Shown here: piece after piece, positions 39,797-47,526 of the stretch
Layout: every line of letters begins with the position of its first letter
Numbering within the stretch: the first letter of the stretch is position 1
From: Hyphomicrobium sp.
GTDB lineage: Bacteria; Pseudomonadota; Alphaproteobacteria; Rhizobiales; Hyphomicrobiaceae
Reading direction: 5' to 3'
Length of the DNA: 64,000 nucleotides
NCBI GenBank assembly: GCA_002928735.1
Contig: PERL01000017.1
Coordinates: 1,882-65,881, forward strand
The notes under the pieces: generated by a model
The model's input: only the letters and a program-made list of their open reading frames with translations
Told to the model about the DNA's origin: nothing
Database searches by the model: none
Translations under genes and position numbers: made by a program

Positions 39797-40876
39797 TCAC
39801 TTTTTGCCTTTGAAGTCTATAACCTTAGCGCTGGGCGCGGTCGGTGGCCGTGTCAATCTTGTGTCAGCGGCGGCGAGAACGGCGGTCTCGACGCGGGAGC
39901 GTTCGAGGTGGCCGTAGTTGCGGTCGACGACGGAGAGCGTTTTCCAGCCGCCGGCCTCTTTCGTGTCTTTGAGCGTCGCGCCGTTGTTCAGGAGGCGGGC
40001 CGCGAACGTGTGGCGGCCGATGCGGTGTGGGCCGACCGGCGGCACGCCCGCGGCATCGGCGGCGCGGCGGATCGCGCGGGCGGCCGTGTAGCGGCTGGCG
40101 TATCCGAGCAGCGGCTCGTCCGTGTCGATGGCGGGCAGAGCGCGGATCGCGGCGGCCAGCTCTGGCGGCATGACGGCGCGGCGGGCGTCGCCGTTCTTCG
40201 TGTCGCGAAAGAGAACGTCGGGCGGGGTGGCGTCGAGGTTCACGTCGCGCGCGCGGACGGCGATGGCCTCGGCCACGCGGCAGCCGGTCAACGTCATCAT
40301 CAGGACCAGCGCGCGCAGCCTGGCCCGCGCCGCGATCATGCGCGCCTCACCCTTCGAGCCGGGTTTCCACTCGATCTTGCCGGTGGCGGCGAGGATTGCG
40401 TCGATCGTCGCATCGTCGCTCGCCTCGACGCGCCGCGTCTCAATCTTCGGGCGGCGGATCTTCGGCGGAGCGCATAATCCGGCGTGCGCGGCGTCGTTCA
40501 AGACGGAGATGACGGGCGTGTAAAGCTGGCGGTCAAGGGTAGAGGCTTTGCGGCCGGGGTAGATTTCGCGGCCGGCGCGGGCGATTTCGAGCGGCGTAAT
40601 CGCGGCTAGGCGCCACGTTCCCCATCGATCGACGAGCGGCATCAGGTAGCGCGCGTCGCCGCCGAGGTCGAGATAGAGGTTCACGGCCTCGGCGAAGGTG
40701 GCGGTGCGGGCTTCGCCGAACGTGGCGCGGTCGAGGATTTCCTGCTGGCGGCGGGCGAGGACGGCTTCCGCGTGAGGTCGCGAATCCGTGCCCGTGCTCT
40801 CGCGGACTCGGACGCCGCGGAGCGTGCCGCGAATGTGCCAGTGGTTGCTGTCGGTTCGCCGGACAAGTTTGAGCAT
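39797..40876 (-). CDS. int: Tyrosine-type site-specific integrase
   Basis: N-terminal arm-binding-type start MLKLVRRTDSNHWHIRGTLRGVRVRESTG... The catalytic region carries ..LTGCRVAEAI.., ..HRIGRHTFA.. and ..RNYGHL.. (R..HxxR..Y). The start is at ATG 40876; the track ORF extends to 41062. Confidence 0.9.
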   Translation of the reverse strand: MLKLVRRTDSNHWHIRGTLRGVRVRESTGTDSRPHAEAVLARRQQEILDRATFGEARTATFAEAVNLYLDLGGDARYLMPLVDRWGTWRLAAITPLEIARAGREIYPGRKASTLDRQLYTPVISVLNDAAHAGLCAPPKIRRPKIETRRVEASDDATIDAILAATGKIEWKPGSKGEARMIAARARLRALVLMMTLTGCRVAEAIAVRARDVNLDATPPDVLFRDTKNGDARRAVMPPELAAAIRALPAIDTDEPLLGYASRYTAARAIRRAADAAGVPPVGPHRIGRHTFAARLLNNGATLKDTKEAGGWKTLSVVDRNYGHLERSRVETAVLAAADTRLTRPPTAPSAKVIDFKGKK

Positions 40877-41049
40877 GGGCGCAGCGTCTCCAATACGGCG
40901 CGGAAGTCGTCCTCGGTTAGCATGAGCTGGCGGCGGTGTTCCATATAGAACCCGGACTTGCGCACAATCTGCCGGAACGTGCGCTCGCTCATCGCGACGG
41001 GCAGGCGCGGGAGACAGTCGGCGATGGTGAGGAGGGCGGGGGCGGTCAT
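40681..41049 (-). CDS. Excisionase-like / MerR-type HTH small protein (first ~60 aa); the ORF tail overlaps int
   Basis: ..LLTIADCLPRLPVAMSERTFRQIVRKSGFYMEHRRQLMLTEDDFRAVLE.. is present. The start overlaps the stop of the upstream gene (ATGA). The last ~65 codons overlap int in another frame and are low-complexity. Confidence 0.5.
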   Translation of the reverse strand: MTAPALLTIADCLPRLPVAMSERTFRQIVRKSGFYMEHRRQLMLTEDDFRAVLETLRPCSNLSGEPTATTGTFAARSAASESARARARIRDLTRKPSSPAASRKSSTAPRSAKPAPPPSPRP

Positions 41050-41681
41050 GTCGCATCCTCACGCGGCTGTGCGTTTGTTAGGCCCTTGGCGAAGTGGCGC
41101 TGTGGAACAATCGCGCGGGAGGTTGTCCCGTCATCGTTCGTGACTTCAATGACGTAGAGTGTCGAGCGCTTGCGGTTGAGCGTATAGGCGCATGGCCTCG
41201 GCTGGCCGTTCTGATCCGCAATGGCATGCTCGACTGGAACGCCTTTCGGCACGACGGCCAGGATTTTGCCGGGTCGGTCTGGCCCGCCATCCGGGTCCTG
41301 TACGTTGAGTTCGGCGCCGGGCTGCAGCAAGGCGTCGGCCGGAACAGGCGTCTCGTGCTTTGGTGGCGCGGGAAACTCTGGCTCTTTCCATACCCCGCGA
41401 TTGCGCAACTCCCGTTCCCACGCTGCGCGCAATGGCTCGGCGCAATGCGCTAACGCATCGGACCAGACTGGCCAGCGGCCGTGTTCGCCGTGAAAGCGCA
41501 TCTGATAAAACAGGCTGTCGCGGTTGTGTGGCTGATCAGGTGGGTGGTCAACCGCGCAGGTCGGACATTTGCCGGGCGCTGCCGGCAGCAACATCATTCC
41601 GGACGGTTTTTCCTCAACGCGACCGGTCGTCATGTCGACGACTTGCATTGTGCCGCCAAGCGGGATCAGCTTTGTCATCAC
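41046..41681 (-). CDS. Phage hypothetical protein
   Basis: 211-aa ORF, translationally coupled at both ends, with protein-like composition (..CPTCAVDHPPDQPHNRDSLFYQMRFHGEHGRW..). Confidence 0.6.
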   Translation of the reverse strand: MMTKLIPLGGTMQVVDMTTGRVEEKPSGMMLLPAAPGKCPTCAVDHPPDQPHNRDSLFYQMRFHGEHGRWPVWSDALAHCAEPLRAAWERELRNRGVWKEPEFPAPPKHETPVPADALLQPGAELNVQDPDGGPDRPGKILAVVPKGVPVEHAIADQNGQPRPCAYTLNRKRSTLYVIEVTNDDGTTSRAIVPQRHFAKGLTNAQPREDAT

Positions 41682-41956
41682 CGCCTCCGCTTGTTCTGGC
41701 GCGCGGCCTCTGCGGCTTGGATCTCGGCGAGGCGCTGGGCGACGGCGTTGCGGCGGCGCTCGGTGCCTTCGGCGCGGCGTTTGTCGATTTCGGCTTGAAC
41801 GTGCGCGATGACGCGGCGGCCGGTGGCGCCCGGCTTGTAGTTCACGGGCGCGTAGTCGAGCTGCTTCTCGGCGCCGCCGAGGCGTGGCTGGTTCTGGCGG
41901 TAGACGATCATGGTTCGGTTGCTCATCAGATCAGCTCCTTTTCCTTGGCCAGCCAT
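41678..41956 (-). CDS. Phage hypothetical protein
   Basis: 92-aa ORF in the coupled leftward operon. Confidence 0.5.
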   Translation of the reverse strand: MAGQGKGADLMSNRTMIVYRQNQPRLGGAEKQLDYAPVNYKPGATGRRVIAHVQAEIDKRRAEGTERRRNAVAQRLAEIQAAEAARQNKRRR

Positions 41957-42168
41957 TCGGGGATTTCAATTTCGGCCATGCGCCGGTTGTCACGGTCGCG
42001 CCATTCGCGGAGGATCGTCGTCAGCTTTTTCGGCAGCCAAACGAAGTGATCGCGCGCGATGATCTCGCCGGTGCGCTCGTCGACGACGTCGTGCGTCTCG
42101 CCCTGGTAAATCGCCAGACCTCTGTCGGTCGTTGAGCGGATCTCGGCGGTCAGAATAAAGGCGCTCAT
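41926..42168 (-). CDS. Phage hypothetical protein
   Basis: 80 aa from ATG 42168 (MSAFILTAEIRSTTDRGLAIYQGETHDVVDERTGEII..). The ATGA overlaps the upstream stop. Confidence 0.55.
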   Translation of the reverse strand: MSAFILTAEIRSTTDRGLAIYQGETHDVVDERTGEIIARDHFVWLPKKLTTILREWRDRDNRRMAEIEIPEWLAKEKELI

Positions 42169-42788
42169 GCCACGAGCCTCCGGCCGCTCAAAAAGGACAC
42201 CGCGCGCGCGAGGCGACCAGTCTTGCTGTCGCGGCTGGCGCTGTCGTGCAGGATTTTCGGGCTGTCGCAGTTGTCGGCCGGCACGGCGCACCACTCGACG
42301 CCGAGCGTCGTCACAGACAGCCCCGGCACGCGACCGAGCGCGACGGCGAGACTGTCCTGGTCGACACCGTATTTGGCGGCGTTGCGGCCCTCGGCGATCC
42401 AGGCCTCGACAAATCTCCGCGCGCCAATCGTCGGCTGAAAAACCATCGTGCCGGATCGCGGCCCCAGTTTCGGTTCGCCGTTGGAGCGGAATCGCGTGCG
42501 GATGTAGACGCCGATGTCGCCGCTGATGCCGGCAAGTTCATCGAGCGGGGACAGCACTGTGCAGTCCACGTCTATGAAAATTACGGTCTTTTCCGGGTGG
42601 CGATCAAACGCGGCGGCGATCTGCGCCGGCTTGCGCATCGTGTTTCGCTCCCACCCTCCTGCAGCTTTGGTAACTTCGACGAAGTCATGCGGCGCGCCGA
42701 CGGCCTTGAGTGTCGGGCGGAGCTTGTCCCACCAACACGCATAGTCCGGCGTGTACCAGCCGCAAACGATGAAGGATTTCGCGGTCAT
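42165..42788 (-). CDS. GT-A-like nucleotide-diphospho-sugar transferase candidate (DxD motif)
   Basis: 207 aa from ATG 42788: MTAKSFIVCGWYTPDY....KTVIFIDVDCTVL...G.MVFQPT..ARRFVEAWI.. has the layout of small GT-A fold transferases. The start overlaps the ParB-like stop. Confidence 0.55.
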   Translation of the reverse strand: MTAKSFIVCGWYTPDYACWWDKLRPTLKAVGAPHDFVEVTKAAGGWERNTMRKPAQIAAAFDRHPEKTVIFIDVDCTVLSPLDELAGISGDIGVYIRTRFRSNGEPKLGPRSGTMVFQPTIGARRFVEAWIAEGRNAAKYGVDQDSLAVALGRVPGLSVTTLGVEWCAVPADNCDSPKILHDSASRDSKTGRLARAVSFLSGRRLVA

Positions 42789-44557
42789 GCGGCCTCGCTG
42801 TTGGTCGCGGTTGCGTTGAGCGTGTAGTCGGGGTGGCGGAGTTGGGGTGGGAGCCAGCCGCAGGCGAGTGCGGCCTCGGCGGCGGCTTGCGCGAGGTCGG
42901 CTTTCTTCATGGCGGCGAGCTCGTCGATGGGGGCGAGGTTGCCGCCGTGGCCGGCTTCCTTGATTTCCGCGATGGCCGCGAGTGCGGTTTCCTTCGTCGC
43001 GCGCTTGAAGTAATCGGCGGCCAGGAAGTGGCGGCGCATCGCGCTCAGATACCATCGGCCCGGCAGTGCGGCGATCAGCGTGTCGATGCCGCTGTCGCGC
43101 GATTTGAATTGCCAGACGCTCTCGCGCAAATCGAGCGTCGAGGCGACGGCTTCGGCAAACAGAACTTCGACGGCGTCGGTGTTCATCTTGAGCAGCGCGG
43201 CGAGGCCTTCGGCGAAAGAGTCGAACCGCTCGCGCCGCAGCTCCGGAAAGCCGTTGTTGCTGACATTCGACGGCGCGATGTAGCGCGATAGCAGGGCGGC
43301 GGTGATGATGATCTGGGCGATCTTTGGATCGGCCGTCAGTGCTTCTGATGCGGCGCGGGTCTTGGCTTCGGTGATCGCCTGCATGAGTGCGCCGGAGATT
43401 TTGAACGGGTCGTCGCTGAGGGGCGAGGCGTCGTCCGCGTCAGGTTCGGCGTCCTCGTCGTCATCGTCTCCGATAACGCTGCGGATCGGCAGCAGGTCGT
43501 CCTCGCCTTCGTCCCCGTCTTCGCCGTCGCGCACGAGGAAGCCGTATGCGATTGCAATCTCGGCGAACGGTGGGTTCGAGCGCGTCAAGTCGATGCCGAC
43601 GAGGCAGCCGCCGCGTGCGCGCTCTTCGGCGGTATAACTAGCCGACGTTTCGTCGTGTGCGACCTCCTCGCGGATCGAGTCAAAGTCCCACTCGCGCGGA
43701 TCGTCGTCATCGAGCGAGACCTTGGCCCACACCCATCCTTCCGACTTCAAGCGCTCGCATTCGGCCTGCAGCCGCTCACGCGCCAGCTTTTTGGCCAGCG
43801 GCAGATCGTCGACAAAGCGGTCCTCCTCGAACAGCGAGTCCGTCAGCGTGCCGCCGGCAGCGAGGTAGGCGTCCTCGCCGACAAGCAAGAATTCTTCGCA
43901 CGACGCGGCGGGCACGCGCTTGACGCCGAACTCGCGGCGGATGTTGTGTTCCGACAGAGCCCACGGGCCCTGCTTTTTCAACTTCTCGAACAGCGCTTCC
44001 TGCACGCTCGTGTCGCCGTGTTCGGCGAAGGCCCGGGCGACCTCAGGGCTGATCTTCTCTTTCTTCCACGCCTCGCGGATCGCAGGCGCCAGGCGGCCGA
44101 GTGCTTTCTGCTGGCGCACGGTGCGCTCGCTGATGCCGAAGCGGGCGGCGATGTCGGCGTCGGACGCGCCTTCGCCGGCGAGTTTGGCGAACACGACGTG
44201 CTGGTCGACCGGGTGCATCGGCAGGCGCACGGTGTTGGCGATCAGCGAGGATTCGAGCGCCTGTTCGTCGTCCTCGTTGCGGATGATGACCGGGACGGGA
44301 TGGCCCTTCGGCAGCCGCTTGTCCTTGACCAGCTTGGCGAGCGCGGCGTGCCGGCGGCGGCCGTCGATCAGCTCGTAGTATTTGCCGTCGTCGGACGGGC
44401 GCACGGCGAGCGGCTGGATGATGCCCTTGGCCAGGATCGAGGCGGCGAGCGCGTCGATGCCTTCCTTTGTCAGCGGCCGGGCGTTGATCTCGTCAGAGGC
44501 GCGGAGCGCGCTGAATGGGATGATAGCCTGCTTGATCTCGTCCAGGATCGCACTCAT
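42785..44557 (-). CDS. ParB/Srx-fold N-terminal domain protein (ParB-like nuclease) with a long acidic C-terminal extension
   Basis: ..GIIQPLAVRPSDDGKYYELIDGRRRHAALAKL.. and an HTH ..ADIAARFGISERTVRQQKALGRL... The start is at ATG 44557. Confidence 0.85.
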   Translation of the reverse strand: MSAILDEIKQAIIPFSALRASDEINARPLTKEGIDALAASILAKGIIQPLAVRPSDDGKYYELIDGRRRHAALAKLVKDKRLPKGHPVPVIIRNEDDEQALESSLIANTVRLPMHPVDQHVVFAKLAGEGASDADIAARFGISERTVRQQKALGRLAPAIREAWKKEKISPEVARAFAEHGDTSVQEALFEKLKKQGPWALSEHNIRREFGVKRVPAASCEEFLLVGEDAYLAAGGTLTDSLFEEDRFVDDLPLAKKLARERLQAECERLKSEGWVWAKVSLDDDDPREWDFDSIREEVAHDETSASYTAEERARGGCLVGIDLTRSNPPFAEIAIAYGFLVRDGEDGDEGEDDLLPIRSVIGDDDDEDAEPDADDASPLSDDPFKISGALMQAITEAKTRAASEALTADPKIAQIIITAALLSRYIAPSNVSNNGFPELRRERFDSFAEGLAALLKMNTDAVEVLFAEAVASTLDLRESVWQFKSRDSGIDTLIAALPGRWYLSAMRRHFLAADYFKRATKETALAAIAEIKEAGHGGNLAPIDELAAMKKADLAQAAAEAALACGWLPPQLRHPDYTLNATATNSEAA

Positions 44558-44895
44558 GAATGGGCCTCTTTTGTTTCGCCGCAAGTCGGCAGGTCGTGGA
44601 TGATGAGTTCTGCGTCGGGGAAGGCGTCGCGGATGTTTTCGACGGCAGGGTGCCGTTCAAATTCCTTCAAATCGGCGAGGCGCTGGCGGATGCAATCGCG
44701 CAGCGGCACCTCAAATTTCTGAAAGATGGCGAGCACGTCGGCGATCTGGCGCATGGCCTTGATTTCGTGCGCGGCCTTTTCTGCTGGCATGCGCCCGCCC
44801 TTGACCCAATTCGGGTAGACCCGCTCGCGCATGGCAAGTTCGCGCTCTGCGGCGCGCACGAGATCGTCGATCGGAAGCTTCGCCAATTCAGACAT
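44554..44895 (-). CDS. Phage hypothetical protein
   Basis: 113-aa ORF (..ERELAMRERVYPNWVKGGRMPAEKAAHEIKAMRQI..), coupled to the ParB-like gene. Confidence 0.6.
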   Translation of the reverse strand: MSELAKLPIDDLVRAAERELAMRERVYPNWVKGGRMPAEKAAHEIKAMRQIADVLAIFQKFEVPLRDCIRQRLADLKEFERHPAVENIRDAFPDAELIIHDLPTCGETKEAHS

Positions 44896-45061
44896 CGGAA
44901 CGCCCCGGCATCCGGTCGGCTAGATCGCGGAGCATCGCGCGGCGCTCGATGACGTGACGCATCACGCTGCCGAGCAGAAAAAAGAATCCAAGCGCGCAGG
45001 CGATGATTGCCCCGCCGATTGGCAGCGCCATGATGGCGTCGAATTGGTCGTTGATCTTCAC
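44888..45061 (-). CDS. Possible 57-aa single-TM protein (GTG start)
   Basis: VKINDQFDAIMALPIGGAIIACALGFFFLLGSVMRHVIERRAMLRDLADRMPGRSDV. The stop overlaps the next ATG. It is not in the ORF track. Confidence 0.3.
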   Translation of the reverse strand: MKINDQFDAIMALPIGGAIIACALGFFFLLGSVMRHVIERRAMLRDLADRMPGRSDV

Positions 45062-45107
45062 GTCCGCCCTCTCTTGTCACTCGCGCGGCTTGCCGCCGCT
45101 CGGTGTG

Positions 45108-45152
45108 GGCGCGCTCTCGCGCGGTTCGCATTGCTCCACGGCCTTGCGGCCG
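45108..45152 (-). promoter_or_regulatory. Conserved two-hairpin element, copy A (nut/put-like candidate), leftward operon
   Basis: The reverse strand reads CGGCC-gcaa-GGCCG tggagcaatgcgaac CGCGC-gaga-GCGCG cc. 35 of 36 nt are identical to 58146-58181 on the forward strand. Confidence 0.4.
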
Positions 45153-45264
45153 GTCGTTGTTCTCCGGGTCTGCCGGAGCCGCCTGCGTACCTCGATGAAC
45201 CCCCCGGCCCATCGATCGACACCCCGCCGGCGGCCCCGGCCCCCTCACGTCCCCTGCCCTCACG

Positions 45265-45549
45265 CTATTCGGGGACGTATTCCGGAATTTTCGCGCGCAG
45301 CTTCGCCAGAAGCGGCTTGTCGCGCGCGACGATGTTGATTGCGGCCGTGCGCACGCCGTGTTCTTTGACGTTCGTGTGGCGCTGGGCGAAATCGTCGGCG
45401 TCTTTCAGCGCGTTGTGCAGCAGCGCCAGCTCGCCCGCCGTCATCACGACGCGGCGTTTGGCCTTCTTCTCGGCGGCCTCGCGCTCTTTCGCACGCTGCT
45501 CATCCGTCCAAGCCGCCATCGCGTCGCCGTCGGTTTCACGCCGGGTCAT
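45265..45549 (-). CDS. Phage hypothetical protein
   Basis: 94-aa ORF with charged helical composition. Confidence 0.55.
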   Translation of the reverse strand: MTRRETDGDAMAAWTDEQRAKEREAAEKKAKRRVVMTAGELALLHNALKDADDFAQRHTNVKEHGVRTAAINIVARDKPLLAKLRAKIPEYVPE

Positions 45550-46042
45550 TTGTCACCTCACGCGGCGTTGTGGCCTCACGCGCCCCTTGCTTGCCGACAC
45601 TCGGCAAGCCGGTGTCGTGTCGCGCTCCGGCCGGGGCGGCTTCGCCGTTCGCCGTCACGCTGAAAGCGTGCGTTCCGCACGACGGCTCGCGGCCTTCGGC
45701 CGTAATGCCGGTGACAACCTCGACGGCACCTTTGCCGCCACACTCTGCAGGCCGGTGTGGCGTGGGCGGCAGGGCGCGGTCGAGATGAGCGACGGCCGCC
45801 CCGATCTCAGACCGCGCTTCCCGGGCCGCACCGGAAAGGGGATGGCTGCGCACATGGTCGAGGCGGCGCAGCACGGCGTCCGACTTGGCGAAGGCGTTTC
45901 GAACCCTGCGGAACTGCTCGACCGTCAACGTAATCGTTACGGTCGCGCTATCGGCCGCAGGCCGCGAGCCAATGGCGACCGGCGCGAGCGCCGCCCCGCC
46001 GGAGCCGCCCGCGGCGGCGTGAGGCAATAACTCCACCATCAC
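45536..46042 (-). CDS. Phage hypothetical protein containing repeat modules R1 and R4
   Basis: 168-aa ORF in the coupled operon. It is Ala/Gly-rich where the nucleotide repeats lie. Confidence 0.45.
   Translation of the reverse strand: MMVELLPHAAAGGSGGAALAPVAIGSRPAADSATVTITLTVEQFRRVRNAFAKSDAVLRRLDHVRSHPLSGAAREARSEIGAAVAHLDRALPPTPHRPAECGGKGAVEVVTGITAEGREPSCGTHAFSVTANGEAAPAGARHDTGLPSVGKQGAREATTPREVTNDPA
45633..45702 (+). repeat. Intragenic structured repeat R4 (long form, diverged)
   Basis: ggggcggcttcgccgttcgccgtc..gcgtgcg-ttc-cgcacg..ggctcg-CGGCC-ttc-GGCCG, homologous to 50838-50916. Confidence 0.6.
45952..46022 (-). repeat. Intragenic structured repeat R1 (short form)
   Basis: The reverse strand shares 47 of 49 nt with 50819-50867, then continues attggctcg-CGGCC-tgc-GGCCG. 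Confidence 0.75.
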
Positions 46043-46326
46043 GCCAGACCTCCAAGGTTGTGGCGCGTGTCGAGCGCGGCGGCGGTGGCGGCCAGCGCGT
46101 GGGCGGGCTGGGATTCGAGCACGACCTCGTGCGCGGTGTCGGCGACGACGGAGACGAGGCCGCGGTCGCGCAGCTCACGCGCGATGAGGCCGAGGCTGTC
46201 GATCAACTGCGCGTCGGTCGCCTTCGGCAGCTCGTCGCGGATCTTGCGGTATTCGATGGGGTTCAGGCCGCGCCCGGCGGTGGGCAGCGGATGGATGGTG
46301 GCGGTCGGCGCGTCGGCGGTGGTCAT
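46039..46326 (-). CDS. Phage hypothetical protein (first gene of the leftward operon)
   Basis: 95 aa from ATG 46326 (MTTADAPTATIHPLPTAGRGLNPIEYRKIRDELPKATDAQLIDSLGLIAREL..). Confidence 0.5.
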   Translation of the reverse strand: MTTADAPTATIHPLPTAGRGLNPIEYRKIRDELPKATDAQLIDSLGLIARELRDRGLVSVVADTAHEVVLESQPAHALAATAAALDTRHNLGGLA

Positions 46327-46455
46327 GGCAAGAGGTCCTGATTGAAGTTGCTGGGAACGCGGCGTCACGCGACTCGCACTAGGCTGATGGGGTGCCGGAG
46401 GCGGTAGCCGCCGCCTCCGGCGCGAGCGATCCTCATCCACAGAAAGGACCACCCG

Positions 46456-46737
46456 ATGGACGCGAAGGCAGCGGAGCAAATCCGCGTTCGACTGATGTTG
46501 CTGGAAGCTTTGGTCGTGATGTCGGTGTCGTTGCGTTATGTCGATCGACACACGGCCGACCCCACGCTCGACATCTGGCGCATGGTTTCACGCGACGTCC
46601 GCAGCTGGTTCGATCAGCTGGCGACAGAAGAGGCATTCGATTCCGTGACGCTCGAAGCTGAGAGCGCTCGCCTGATGAGCGAAATTGAGAAACACGTGAA
46701 CAGGGCTGCCGGTCCACCGCCTTACGCAGGCGTCTGA
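46456..46737 (+). CDS. Hypothetical protein (possible lysogeny-region moron)
   Basis: 93-aa ORF with GAAAGGA upstream and protein-like composition. An antisense track ORF overlaps it. Confidence 0.45.
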   Translation: MDAKAAEQIRVRLMLLEALVVMSVSLRYVDRHTADPTLDIWRMVSRDVRSWFDQLATEEAFDSVTLEAESARLMSEIEKHVNRAAGPPPYAGV

Positions 46738-47016
46738 CCAAGTCCGACACCAGCCGCGGCAACCGCAGATCATCCCCGGGAAATAGCGCCGGCACCCTAG
46801 GCATCGCAGGCGTCTGGTGCAGGTCGGTCATGATCGGAAGCTCCGGTTCAGTTGGCGATGGCGACGCGGGAACTGAATCGGAGGATGTGCCAAACAGGCA
46901 CAAGCCGTCAAGGTTAATTTGTGCCACTTTGGCGGCGAGTGCGAATACGTAGGGCTTTGACGGACGCGCGAAGCCGGTTTAACGTGCTCAGAGCATTTGT
47001 TTTTCAGGGGGTTTGG

Positions 47017-47526
47017 ATGCGGCAGGTGTTGGCAGTTTTTTTCTCGCTGCTTTGGGCTGGCGCCGCGCAGGCGCAGTGGGTGATCACCAAGGAGGACGAT
47101 GCCTTCGAGGGTGATTTGCACATGGCCTTGTCGGCCGAGTGGGGCGGCTACATGGCTGGCTTTCGATGCCGCGAGGGCAAGCCGCCGAGCTTCGTCTACA
47201 TGACACCCGAGACCGCTGAGTCATCATCTGTCGAATTGATGCAGCGCATGCCCCCAAGCATCGTCATCGTTGTTGACGATCAGCCGCGCGTGACGATCGG
47301 GACCGAGGTTGAAAAGAATGCGACGACGGGAAAGCTCACCGCAATCACGTTCGAGCCCGAGGTCGTCGACGTGATCTTCGCCGCGAGGAACGCGAAAAAG
47401 CGCGTTGCGTTCGGGCTAGAATTCATGGGCAAAATCTACCACTCGAAGTCGTTCAGTCCGACCGGAACAACGAAGGCGCTGGGTGGACTGATCGAGAGGT
47501 GTAAGATCGAAACTCCGTCCGGCTGA
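47017..47526 (+). CDS. Secreted hypothetical protein (possible moron)
   Basis: Signal peptide MRQVLAVFFSLLWAGAAQA. 169 aa. The stop abuts the repressor stop, with no intergenic bases. Confidence 0.65.
   Translation: MRQVLAVFFSLLWAGAAQAQWVITKEDDAFEGDLHMALSAEWGGYMAGFRCREGKPPSFVYMTPETAESSSVELMQRMPPSIVIVVDDQPRVTIGTEVEKNATTGKLTAITFEPEVVDVIFAARNAKKRVAFGLEFMGKIYHSKSFSPTGTTKALGGLIERCKIETPSG

Noticed and set aside
39784-39830. Complete tRNA gene at the integrase-proximal junction
   Set aside because: Beyond the anticodon loop the sequence (ttttt agg tag..) cannot pair with the 3' half of the anticodon stem. No D-arm or GGGCGGT 5' acceptor strand is present, so only a 3' fragment exists.
44954-46030. 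358-aa forward ORF, plus 44667-45263 on the reverse strand
   Set aside because: They overlap the coupled leftward phage operon and the non-coding gap that holds two-hairpin element A. Their translations are Arg/Ala/Pro-rich with no motifs.
46695-46712. parS-like site (gaaacacgtgaaca) for the ParB-like protein
   Set aside because: Only the central CACGTG is palindromic. The flanks do not match the canonical parS arms, and it lies inside a coding region.
46433-46927. 164-aa reverse-strand ORF in the lysogeny region
   Set aside because: Its composition is Pro/Ser/Arg-rich, and it overlaps the better-looking forward ORF 46456-46737, which has a GAAAGGA ribosome-binding site.
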